A DNA stretch of 64,000 bases from Minisyncoccia bacterium (lineage in GTDB: Bacteria > Patescibacteriota > Minisyncoccia > Phycocordibacterales > UBA9973), in NCBI GenBank assembly GCA_049287305.1, contig JBAQFO010000013.1:189-64188 (forward strand), given 5' to 3'. The notes beneath the pieces are model-generated. The model saw only the letters and a list, made by a program, of their open reading frames with translations. It had not been told where the DNA came from and ran no database searches. The first letter of the stretch is position 1; the number at the start of each line of letters is the position of its first letter. This document shows positions 37,382 to 47,000 of the stretch, in pieces. Both the position numbers and the translations under genes were made by a program.

Positions 37382-38434
37382 TTATCTTGTTGGATTCGGA
37401 TACGGAGGATACATTTCGGGGTCTATTGTTCTAAGGAAACATGTCCGTCCCGCTTCGTGGCTCCAAGATTCGTTTATCCCACCGCCGGGGTAAGGATACG
37501 AAACTGATTCAGCCTTGTCATACATGGGGGTAGGCCATCCTCCTCCATAGCTATTTTCCCTCCATCCTTTCGGAATAGGTTGAGAGAAAGTAGCGCAAAG
37601 TTCAAATTTAAGAGGCGCCTTTATGGCATATTCGTATTGTTTCCCTTTTTCAAATTCCGGCTCTACCGGCACAGAAAATCCGGACATAGGGTCTGTGAGT
37701 TCTGCTAAAGTAGCCGGAAGTTTTTCTTTTTGCTGCCAAAAACTAATTATTTGATATTGGATGTTTTGCAAGTCTTGCACCCTCCTGTCATCTAGACGCA
37801 GCTGCCTTTGTTCCATCGGACTTCCTAAAATAGAAAAACTGCAAATTATTGCTCCCACCACCATAACTATTCCTACCCCTCCCAACACTAGTCCCATTTT
37901 TTTGGAATTAGAAGCCGATGGTTCTTTGAGAGTGTATCCGTAACGAAAGCCCACTAAAAGGGCTACTGCCAACACCACAAGCACTTTATATATAAACCTG
38001 GATGTTACTTCTCCAGATATAAAATATCTGACCAAGGTAACCAAGTCTCCTATCACCACAACGGCTGATAAAAATAAAATTATATATATTACCCATTTTT
38101 TAAACATTTCATCCAATTGCCCAAGTTCCTTCTGAGAAAGTTTATTCCAAAAATATGATACAGCTAGGAAAACCGGGAAAACAATTATGAGCGTAGCAAG
38201 AGCTGTGCGGATAGCATCGTATTGATATGTAGAATATCCGTATTCATAGCTAGCATTCAAGACATCGGGAAAACGCTTGTTCAATGTTTCAAAAACAAGA
38301 TTAAGAAAAGATACAACGGAAGTTATTAATGTTGCTAATAAGCCCAAGCATAGGAAAAAATATCCTATATTAAGCCTCGGTTTTGTAATATTTGCTTGTG
38401 TTTCCATGGGATGTATTATATCATAAGCAAACAA
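37382..38434 (-). CDS. hypothetical polytopic membrane protein with a Pro/Tyr/Gly-rich C-terminal tail
   Basis: several hydrophobic helices; no motif recognised. Confidence 0.45.
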   Translation of the reverse strand: MFAYDIIHPMETQANITKPRLNIGYFFLCLGLLATLITSVVSFLNLVFETLNKRFPDVLNASYEYGYSTYQYDAIRTALATLIIVFPVFLAVSYFWNKLSQKELGQLDEMFKKWVIYIILFLSAVVVIGDLVTLVRYFISGEVTSRFIYKVLVVLAVALLVGFRYGYTLKEPSASNSKKMGLVLGGVGIVMVVGAIICSFSILGSPMEQRQLRLDDRRVQDLQNIQYQIISFWQQKEKLPATLAELTDPMSGFSVPVEPEFEKGKQYEYAIKAPLKFELCATFSQPIPKGWRENSYGGGWPTPMYDKAESVSYPYPGGGINESWSHEAGRTCFLRTIDPEMYPPYPNPTR

Positions 38435-38788
38435 GGCAACAAGTCTAAAAATATGAGAAAAAAATTCGAGAATTTTTCAAAAAAATTGACTCGCTGGATT
38501 GGCTCACCCCAATCCATTATTGTGCATACTGTTTTTTTTATTGGAATGTTCAGCCTTCGTTTGTTCGGCACATCCTCTTCGGATGTGCTTTTAATTTTAA
38601 CCACCGTGGTGTCTCTGGAAGCTATATACTTATCCATATTTATACAAATGACCGTAAATCAGCATGCCGAGGAGCTCGAAGAGGTTTCGGAAGACATAGA
38701 AGAAATTCAAAAAGACGTTGACGAGATTCAGGAAGACGTGGAGGATATTCAGGAAGGAATCCAGGAGGACGAAGACCCTATTGAGTAA
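38396..38788 (+). CDS. hypothetical membrane protein with an acidic repeat tail
   Basis: TM segment then EDIEEIQKDVDEIQEDVEDIQEGIQEDE repeats. Confidence 0.35.
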   Translation: MCFHGMYYIISKQGNKSKNMRKKFENFSKKLTRWIGSPQSIIVHTVFFIGMFSLRLFGTSSSDVLLILTTVVSLEAIYLSIFIQMTVNQHAEELEEVSEDIEEIQKDVDEIQEDVEDIQEGIQEDEDPIE

Positions 38789-38795
38789 AGAAAAG

Positions 38796-39686
38796 TTATA
38801 TTTTTTTCCAAACAGCGGTATTGGCCAGCGGGATAATTCGCCCTTGTGATTTTTCTGCCACACAAAGCTCGCCTTGTTCTACTTTGCCCCTGAAGTCTTT
38901 CATTGCGTCAGATAGAGCATACCCCAACGATAGCGGAGAGGTGTCTATCGCGTAAGAAGTTAAAATTATAAAAATGGGTTTGTCGCTTAAAACTTTTTTT
39001 ACCTGCGACAGAAGTCTGGGAAGCATCTCCTCTATTTTCCACACTTCCCCCTTGGGGCCACGGCCAAACTTGGGCGGGTCCATTATCACCGCGTCGTATT
39101 TGTTTCCCCTCTTTTCCTCTCTCTCCAAGAATTTAACAACATCATCCTCTATTATCCGCATAGACAGGTTCCCCATGCCCGAAACCTGCTGGTTTTCTTT
39201 CGCCCAATTTAAGCTCTGTTTTGAGGCATCCACATGGGTCACTTCCGCACCAGTCCGCAGAGCAAAAAGACTTGCAACCCCCGTATATCCGAACAGATTT
39301 AAAAATTTAATGGGGCGCTTCATGTTTTTCTCGTGTTCCCGGAGCTCGCTCTCTATAAAATCCCAGTGAGCAGCCTGCTCCGGGAAAAATCCTAAGTGGC
39401 GAAATGGAGTGGGTGATGCCAAAAACTTTACCCCGTTATAAGACATCTCCCACTTTTCCTCAATTTTACTTTCCATTTTCCACCCTTTCTTTGCGCCCGT
39501 CTTGGAACTCCAGAATTTTCCATCGGCTTTTCCCCATTCGGTTTCCGGCAATGTTTTGGGCCACACCGCATCCTCAAAAGGCCGAACAAAAGTGTATTGC
39601 CCGAATCGCTCCAGCTTCTCGCCAACTCCCGTATCCAGAAGCTCGTAAGCATGCCAATCTTTGGAATAAAAAAGTTTAAGTTCCAT
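38796..39686 (-). CDS. class I SAM-dependent RNA methyltransferase (RlmI/YccW-like 23S rRNA m5C methyltransferase family)
   Basis: LNLFGYTGVASLFA (AdoMet motif I), DASKQSL, IMDPPKF (motif IV) and a conserved Cys (ELCVAEKSQ). Confidence 0.6.
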   Translation of the reverse strand: MELKLFYSKDWHAYELLDTGVGEKLERFGQYTFVRPFEDAVWPKTLPETEWGKADGKFWSSKTGAKKGWKMESKIEEKWEMSYNGVKFLASPTPFRHLGFFPEQAAHWDFIESELREHEKNMKRPIKFLNLFGYTGVASLFALRTGAEVTHVDASKQSLNWAKENQQVSGMGNLSMRIIEDDVVKFLEREEKRGNKYDAVIMDPPKFGRGPKGEVWKIEEMLPRLLSQVKKVLSDKPIFIILTSYAIDTSPLSLGYALSDAMKDFRGKVEQGELCVAEKSQGRIIPLANTAVWKKI

Positions 39687-39689
39687 AAG

Positions 39690-40679
39690 TTATACTAAAA
39701 ATTCTATTACATCCCCGTCTTTTACTATATATTCTTTTCCTTCGGTGCGGACAAGACCCTTGGAACGGGCTCCTCCATAAGAGCCGGATTCCAGCAAACC
39801 CTGCCAGTTGATGACCTCGGCCCGGATAAATTTATCCTTGAAGTCTGTATGTATAGCCGCCCCAGCGATAGGCGCTGTAGATCCTATCTTTATGGTCCAC
39901 GCCCGAGATTCATCCTCGCCTGTGGTAAAAAATGTTTCTAAGCCCAGCAGTTTGTAGCTTGCTTGAATCAAATCGTCAAAACCTTTTTCAAAAATAGTAT
40001 CAACTTTTACCGTAGCCCCCACAATATCAATCTCCATATTTTCATTGGCTTCAGAAGTATTTAGCACGAACAGCATGGGTTTTAAGGTAAGAAGATTCAA
40101 AGACTTTATTCTGAATTTTTCATCTTCATTCAAATTTGCCTCCGTGGCCATCTTGCCTTCTTCTAAAACTTTTTCAACCCTTTTTAGGATGCCGTCCTCA
40201 ATTTGCGCCTCTTTGTCGGCCTTTTTCAGGTCTCGCACCAACCCCGCCAATCTTTTAGAAACCACCTCCATGTCCGACAAAACAAGTTCTAAATTTATTA
40301 CTCCTATATCCGACATGGGGTCAATTTTATTTGCTACGTGGATAACAGAAGGGTCTTGAAAGACCCGCACCACGTGGGCAATAGCATCAACTTCGCGTAT
40401 GTTAGAAAGAAATTTATTGCCCAAACCTTCACCCTTTGAAGCTCCAGCCACCAGACCGGCAATATCCACAAATTCTATGACAGCCGGAATAGTCTTCTTG
40501 GATTTTGAAAACTCCGAAAGTTTCCAAAGCCTGTCGTCAGGCACGGGAACAATCCCCACCGACGGGTCAATGGTGCAGAATGGGTAGTTTTCCGCCGGAA
40601 CACTTTTTTTAGTAAGCGCATTAAAAAGCGTGGACTTCCCCACGTTCGGCAGACCAACAATTCCTATGCTTAAAGACAT
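39690..40679 (-). CDS. ychF: ribosome-binding ATPase YchF (Obg-like GTPase family)
   Basis: GIVGLPNVGKSTLFNALT G1 motif, AENYPFCTIDP, C-terminal TGS-like domain (YIVKDGDVIEF). Confidence 0.85.
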   Translation of the reverse strand: MSLSIGIVGLPNVGKSTLFNALTKKSVPAENYPFCTIDPSVGIVPVPDDRLWKLSEFSKSKKTIPAVIEFVDIAGLVAGASKGEGLGNKFLSNIREVDAIAHVVRVFQDPSVIHVANKIDPMSDIGVINLELVLSDMEVVSKRLAGLVRDLKKADKEAQIEDGILKRVEKVLEEGKMATEANLNEDEKFRIKSLNLLTLKPMLFVLNTSEANENMEIDIVGATVKVDTIFEKGFDDLIQASYKLLGLETFFTTGEDESRAWTIKIGSTAPIAGAAIHTDFKDKFIRAEVINWQGLLESGSYGGARSKGLVRTEGKEYIVKDGDVIEFLV

Positions 40680-40742
40680 GTTAGATCACTATACAATAAA
40701 AATAAAAGAAAAGTAAGTTTCTGAAAAATCGTGCTGGAACGC

Positions 40743-41882
40743 CTATTTTTCAATTTCTTTTATTTCTTTGTCTATGACTTTTTCAGTGGAGTCAATATCT
40801 TTTTTAAGTTCTTCTATGTTCGCCCTTTCCACGGAATTTATTATTCCTTTCGCCCTGTCATCCACATCATCCCGCAAAGCTTTGAAAGATTTACGAACTG
40901 TGTCTTCCGCTTGGCGCAATTCTTCTCTGGTTGGATTTACCTTTCTCGATTCTCCGTCTTTCTTTAGGTGGAAATAAATCCGCAACAATAAATACAAAAT
41001 GGCAAGAATAAGCAGAATAATCAGCCCCCAAACTTCAGGACCAATATCGGAGAAGATACCGCCAATTTTTACGCTAATTTCGTTGGACTCGTCGCTGTTT
41101 GTCTTGTCCTCCTTAACCATCACCGCTGTTACCGTATAAACGTTTCTCTTGAGAGAGCTAGGAATTATTATATTAAAGCTGCCTTCTGTGTCGGAAATTC
41201 CGGTAATAAATATCTTGGCTCCATCTCGGGCAACAAAGGTGACAAGCGTCTGCGTCTTTCCGTAATCTGATGTCCCGATGATTGCCGGCGCGCCATATTT
41301 AGTGCCAAGCATAATTTCAGGAGCTTTAAGAGAAGGCTCCGGCTGCACAACCTCAGGCACAATTTCTTCTTCGGGTTCCGGGACAACAGGAACACCTGGT
41401 TTAACTGACGCTTGCTTGATTGAATATGTGGCTCCGTTTAGATTCCCTGTTATATCCGTGCCCTGACCGTCGTTCGCAAGGATTTGCCCTGACTGAAATG
41501 AAAGTTTCGCGGAACCTGCTTTGATTGCCCGCAAGTTAACAGTAACTACTGTTCCCACGGAACCATGAAATCCGTTCATCGCCACCCCCTCAAACTTTAC
41601 CGTTCCCGCAGTTTTGGAAGCAGTGGGCGGAGTCACCCAAAAATCCAAAATGGAGTTAGTCTTAGAAACAGACTCTACGGCAAAAAGCGAAGACGGAAAC
41701 GACAAAAGCCCAGACACCGCGTTAAATGGAGTGTTGGAAGCGGCAAGAATTTTTACTACTACTTTATTGCCTACCTCGTAGTTGCCGGTAGCAGGGCTAA
41801 CAGAAAGAGTCGCCGCATAAGATGATAATGGCGAAAAAACCAAGAAGGAAAAGAGAATTATTTTTGAAAAAATTTTAGCCAT
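40743..41882 (-). CDS. cohesin-like domain surface protein with C-terminal TM anchor and cytoplasmic coiled-coil tail
   Basis: signal peptide; cohesin-like beta-sandwich pattern (ATLSVSPATGNYEVGNKVVVKI...VTVNLRAIKAGSAKLSF); Pro/Glu linker; TM WGLIILLILAILYLLL near the C-terminus. Confidence 0.5.
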   Translation of the reverse strand: MAKIFSKIILFSFLVFSPLSSYAATLSVSPATGNYEVGNKVVVKILAASNTPFNAVSGLLSFPSSLFAVESVSKTNSILDFWVTPPTASKTAGTVKFEGVAMNGFHGSVGTVVTVNLRAIKAGSAKLSFQSGQILANDGQGTDITGNLNGATYSIKQASVKPGVPVVPEPEEEIVPEVVQPEPSLKAPEIMLGTKYGAPAIIGTSDYGKTQTLVTFVARDGAKIFITGISDTEGSFNIIIPSSLKRNVYTVTAVMVKEDKTNSDESNEISVKIGGIFSDIGPEVWGLIILLILAILYLLLRIYFHLKKDGESRKVNPTREELRQAEDTVRKSFKALRDDVDDRAKGIINSVERANIEELKKDIDSTEKVIDKEIKEIEK

Positions 41883-42724
41883 TTTTTTTGCAGTAAAAAT
41901 CCGAACACAACAAGAAGTATAACAATAATTACCCAGCTATCCAACCCAAACTTCCAATTTTGCGCCTTTATTTTTACTATCGTTTCGTTACCAACTTTAT
42001 CTAATGCTTTTATGTATACATTTTTGCCAAGCGATTGGTCTTTCAATAAATACGGACTCTCAGCGACAATGTAACTGCCGAATAACCCTTCTCGCACCTC
42101 ATAATGGTCCATACCAGCGCCCTTGTCTACCGTACTGAAAACCACAAAATACTTGCCCTCAAACAAAGAGGGGTCGCTCGCAACAAACGGTGTGAAGCTC
42201 TCAGGCGGATTGGTATCTAAAAGCGCTAAGTCTGCCGCCGGCTCGGCCGAAGGAGAAACTGTAAAATCAAAACTTATCTCATCTACATCCGTTTTTGTCC
42301 CCAGACCGTCGTTCCGCAGGGCCTGCGTGCCGCTAAACCCGAGGCTGCCTGCACCCAATCCCCTTGTTTCAAAAACTATTCCCAATAAAAACCGATCGGT
42401 TCCGGAAAATCCTCCGGGAGTCATGCCCGAAAAAGATATCTGCCCCGCTTCCGTGCTCTCTGGTTTGTCCAGCCAGAAATTGAGCGTCGAGTTGCCCTCT
42501 CTTAACTCTTTTAGTTCCAAAAGTTCTTCCGGAAAAATTATTGTGCCCTCCACAACATTTATCTGGGAGCCTTGCGTGTCCATGAATACTTCCACTAAAA
42601 AACTCTCGCGTTCCGGAAAAATACTCTTATCTGAATTAAAAAATATTTCCGCCGCTAAAGAAACGGAGGGCAGGAGCCAAAGAACGAATAGAGTTATTAA
42701 AATTTTTCTGATATTTATTTTCAT
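41858..42724 (-). CDS. cohesin-like domain surface protein with C-terminal TM anchor
   Basis: signal peptide; ...FLVEVFMDTQGSQINVVEGTIIFP...LGIVFETRGLGAGSLGFSG cohesin-like pattern; C-terminal TM WVIIVILLVVFGFLL. Confidence 0.45.
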   Translation of the reverse strand: MKINIRKILITLFVLWLLPSVSLAAEIFFNSDKSIFPERESFLVEVFMDTQGSQINVVEGTIIFPEELLELKELREGNSTLNFWLDKPESTEAGQISFSGMTPGGFSGTDRFLLGIVFETRGLGAGSLGFSGTQALRNDGLGTKTDVDEISFDFTVSPSAEPAADLALLDTNPPESFTPFVASDPSLFEGKYFVVFSTVDKGAGMDHYEVREGLFGSYIVAESPYLLKDQSLGKNVYIKALDKVGNETIVKIKAQNWKFGLDSWVIIVILLVVFGFLLQKKWLKFFQK

Positions 42725-42725
42725 A

Positions 42726-44030
42726 TTATCCTGTCCAATAAAAGGCCATAATGCTAAAGTCCACCAAATTTATCGTGCCGTTTCCGTTTAGGTATTTGAC
42801 CTCCTTCCATATTATATCTCCTGAAAGCGGACGTTTATACCAATAAGCAGCAATAGAAAAATCTACCAAGTTGCAGCGGCCGTCTTCATTGAGGTCACAT
42901 TTGGCAAGTAGAATTGGGGTTTCGGCGGGAATCGTTTTGGTGCCGACCGCGAAAAGCGCAGGGTCTCCGAAATTACTAATCTCACCACCCTTTAAGGCTT
43001 TGGATTTAACGGAGTGCCCCCCTTGTTCCAGCACCGAAGTGTCGAAATTCAGAAGATATGCACCGGACGCATCGCTTTTGGTGTTCTTGAATATCTCCTG
43101 CTCGGAATTGACGCTGATGACGATGTCGGAAACCGAGGAGCTTTGCCCGAAGATGACTATGTTCTCGCCTTTTTTTACTTCTTTTTTATCAACCGCGATA
43201 GTCGGAGATATAAATATACCTCCTACGTTTGTAGCCACACCCTTAGTTATATAAATTTGGAAGGTAAAGGGACTGGAAAGCTTCCCATTCTTGTCTTCAC
43301 CGTAAACGGAAAAATTATAATTGCCGGTGGAAAGACTGCCCAAAGCCACGGTAAAGTTGCTGTCCGGTCCGGCAATGGTCGTAATTGCGAGCTGGCCGTC
43401 CTTAAGTACGCTGACTTTACTCAAAGGATATGCCCGACCAGAGAGAATGATCTCGGCGGGAAAACTACCGCTGCTTCCTCCGCCACCGCCACCTCCGCCA
43501 CCTCCGGGAGGAGGTGCGACAGGAGTTGCACTCACTTCCGCCGATTCGCTTAAGAGCAGGCCACCGGCATAAGAACGGACTTTAAAAAAATAAGTGATGC
43601 CATTAGTAAGGCCGGTTCTAGTTTCAGTAAGCACATTGCCGACAGATGTGTATGTATAAACCCCGCCGGAAGAAGCGCTGATACCTACTTCATAGTCCGT
43701 TATGTTTGCGAGAGTACCCACCGCCGCGGTCCAGTTGAGTGCTACTTGCGAATTACCTGCTGTGGCGGAAAGAACCGGCGATGTCGCTGTCGGAAAATAT
43801 AAAAAGCCGATATTTTTTAGGAAACTTGTGCTGGTGCTTTGTCCGCTTGTGAGCTGACCCGTGCTTGAGAGATACTGAAAACTAGTTGAGGACGACTGCC
43901 CACCCTCAATTATATTAATAGGATTTTCAAGTGTAAAATTAGTACTGCTGAAATCAGCAAACGCATAAGAAAAAACTCCGATACCGAGAATTAAAATGAA
44001 AAAAAATTTACTGGTCAGATTGTGAGACAT
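42726..44030 (-). CDS. secreted FN3/Ig-like domain protein with poly-Gly linker and C-terminal dockerin-like repeats
   Basis: signal peptide; fibronectin-III-like segment; GGGGGGGGGGSSG linker; two Ca-binding dockerin-type repeats (DLNEDGRCNLVDFSI, YLNGNGTINLVDFSI). Confidence 0.55.
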   Translation of the reverse strand: MSHNLTSKFFFILILGIGVFSYAFADFSSTNFTLENPINIIEGGQSSSTSFQYLSSTGQLTSGQSTSTSFLKNIGFLYFPTATSPVLSATAGNSQVALNWTAAVGTLANITDYEVGISASSGGVYTYTSVGNVLTETRTGLTNGITYFFKVRSYAGGLLLSESAEVSATPVAPPPGGGGGGGGGGSSGSFPAEIILSGRAYPLSKVSVLKDGQLAITTIAGPDSNFTVALGSLSTGNYNFSVYGEDKNGKLSSPFTFQIYITKGVATNVGGIFISPTIAVDKKEVKKGENIVIFGQSSSVSDIVISVNSEQEIFKNTKSDASGAYLLNFDTSVLEQGGHSVKSKALKGGEISNFGDPALFAVGTKTIPAETPILLAKCDLNEDGRCNLVDFSIAAYWYKRPLSGDIIWKEVKYLNGNGTINLVDFSIMAFYWTG

Positions 44031-44039
44031 GGTCAGATA

Positions 44040-47000
44040 TTAAGGTGCTGGCTCTGGAGCGGGTTCAGGTGTAGGTTCTGGAGCCGGTGCAGGCGCGGTT
44101 TCGGGAGTAGGTGTAGGAGCGGGTTCTGGTATGGGTTCGGGAACTGGTGCAGGGTCGGGAGTAGGTTCAGGTATGGGCTCCGGTGTAGGTTCTGGAGCCG
44201 GTGCAGGCGCGGGTTCGGGAGTGGGTGTAGGAGCGGGTTCTGGGGTTGGAGCTGGAGAACTGCCGCCGGAAGAAGAACCGGTAAGGATGAGCAGGGCGCG
44301 AATATCTTCCTTAGTCAGGCACTCCCCGTCCACGCATATCTTTTCTTTGGCTTCAAAGACGTTCGCGAAAACGGAGCCTATGCCGTTCGTTGCATCCGCG
44401 AGCCACGCGCCGACTTTACTGAAAAGCTTGGAGAGGATAGATCCTTCGCCTCTATTGACAAGTTCTCCATCCTGCGTCTCGTGCACATAATCTAGTTCCA
44501 AACTGTCATTTAAATCTTTCATTATTAATTCCATGTCTATAACCAGAGTCTTGCCTGTTTCCGAATTTGCAGAATCAAATACCCAGTAGTTGTTTACATT
44601 TTCGTGTGGTGAAAGTAGAGTAGCGTTCCCTGCCGCGTCCATTACCCGCAATTCTCCTGCCGTGCTGTAAAGAGAAATTCCGTTTGCCAGAGTTCCTACC
44701 GGAGCTGTGCCATTGAAGATGTCCAGATGGTTCGTGCCTTCAGTTGTTGCCCGGGCCACAGTTCCGGCAATTTTTATATTGCCAGCATTTGTTATTCTCA
44801 TATACTCTGTTAGTGTGCTAGACCCAGCACCAGCACCACCACCAGTACCTTTAAGCGAAAATGTAATAAAAGGTTCAACGCTATCTGTGGTGCCAGAATA
44901 AGCTCCAGAGAAAAGAACCTTGCCCTGGATAGCTGTGCTACCAACGCTCGTGTTCCATCCGTAACCGTCAAAAATAAGAGAGCCAGGCAAACTTTGGGAG
45001 TTTCCCGGTGCCGCTGTTTTATTGGTAATACCTAGAGAACCCGCATTGCTTACATCTAACAAATACCCCGGCACCGTCGTCCCGATGCCAACATTGCCCC
45101 CCGTTTGCACGACCAATCCTGCCGTCGCATTTGTAGCGCCTACATTTATGTTGAGATAGTCGGTTGCGGCATCGTTCATATAAAGGTTGCTGTATACACT
45201 ACTACCTGTATTAGAATCTCTTATTATAAAGCCGTATTCATTATCTTCCCCGTCCACCTCAATATACGCAGTCGCTGCTCCAGTATTTGCTGTGCTTAAT
45301 GTTAGTCCTCCCCCGGCTGCCATGTAAATATCTCCTATCTCTGTTGTTTCCGCTACGCCGCGCAGACGTAGACCAAGAGTGTTGGAGCCGGTATCTATGT
45401 CTAGTTGTGTGGCCGGAGTGGTGGTGCCTATGCCGACCTCGCCACTTCCTGTAACAACCATTTTTACTGAAGGGGTTGCTCCAGTGGCAAAAACAATATC
45501 AGTATCTGCTGCCCTACCCTGAAGAACAAGATTGCCTGCTCCCAAAAATGGATACGCTCCGCCGGTACTAGCTGATGCGTAAATCGAAGGAGTCGTTAAT
45601 GCTCCGAAGCTAGTTACATCGTTAGAAAATTTAAGAGTGCCAAAAGTAGTTGAGATGGTAGAATTTGCAGTTATTGCAGAATTCCAAGTACCTACCTGAA
45701 CAGTACCCGTAGAAGTTAATGAGGATGCGACTATAGTAGAACCTAAAGTCGTTCCGCTCAATACAGTTGTATCATTTAAAACAAAAGATGTAACAGCATT
45801 AACGCTCCCGTTTACATCAAGAGCATAGTCTGGAGTCGTATCACCGATGCCGACATTACCCCCTTTCAGTGTCAGAATCTCCGTAGAAGCTCCCGCTACA
45901 ATATTAGTAAAGTGCCAGCTGGCGTCCTCCGTTCCATTTGAAGCATCGTCCACTACCGCATAAATAAGCCCGCCGGTTGTTTCCACGGGAGTCACAGCGG
46001 TGTCATCCCAAAATTTAGCTCCGAATGTTCCGATCGAATCGCCGTCTAAGGCGGTCTTAGTAGCCCCTCTGGTTTTCCTGAATATCATTGCGGGGTTTGT
46101 GGTGTTGTCAGCAGTTTGCTCTAGGAGAAGCTGAACGGAATCTGCGTTCGCAACATGCAGAGAGACTTCAGGGGTAGCGGTGCCTATTCCAATTCTATTA
46201 CTAGCACCATCCACACTGAACGTAGTTCCGTCAATACTCATTCCATTTATCCCGCCGGAGGTAACAAAGTTAGTATCCTGGTCGAGTGTTACAGTAGCAC
46301 TGTTTATAGTCAAAGAAGTCAGGGTGCCCAGAGTAGTCAAAGAAGAAGTTACTATGCTGGAACCTAAGGTTGTTCCACTGAGAACAGTTGTGTCATTTAA
46401 AAGGAAAGAAGTGACGGCATTTATACTGCCGTTTACATCTAACTCATAGTCAGGTGTGGTGTCGCCTATGCCGACCTTGCCTGCATTCACTGAAGATAAA
46501 ATAACATTTCCATTTGTTTGTCCGACACCTCCGTCAATATATACATTTCCTCCTTGGTGAAATTGTACCTGGGCATCAGCCGCGGCACCACCTAAAATAT
46601 TTAAAGCATAACCGTCGTTGTCAATTCCAGAACGTTGAGAAACAGAAATTGTTCTAGCTGCTCCTTGGGTAAGTGTTATGTTTCCGGTTACTTCTAATGC
46701 TGAGGATGGTGTAGCCGTCCCGATACCGACGTTCCCCTCAAAATAAGCAGAGTTTGCTCTGGTAATCGTGGTGTTTGTGCCAGCTATTGGTTTCGGCACA
46801 TACAAAGAAAAAGCGTCTGTAACAGTGATAGCGTTTGTGGAAGCAAAAGTCGGAGCTCCGAAACTATTTGCAGTTCTTGTCGCTACTGTTCCTGCCGCCG
46901 CAGTGCTTGTGTCTGTATAAGTAGCGGCATTTACATCAAACGCAATACCGTCTGTAGTCCACGCTGCGGCTGAAATATTTCCGTCTATTTGGAGATGTGC

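Noticed and set aside
43470-43520. (GGN)n stretch encoding the poly-Gly linker as a phase-variation tract
   Set aside because: The tract is not a homopolymer or a perfect short-unit repeat at DNA level (ccgccaccgccacctccgccacctcc), so slipped-strand switching is unlikely. It is more likely just a flexible linker.
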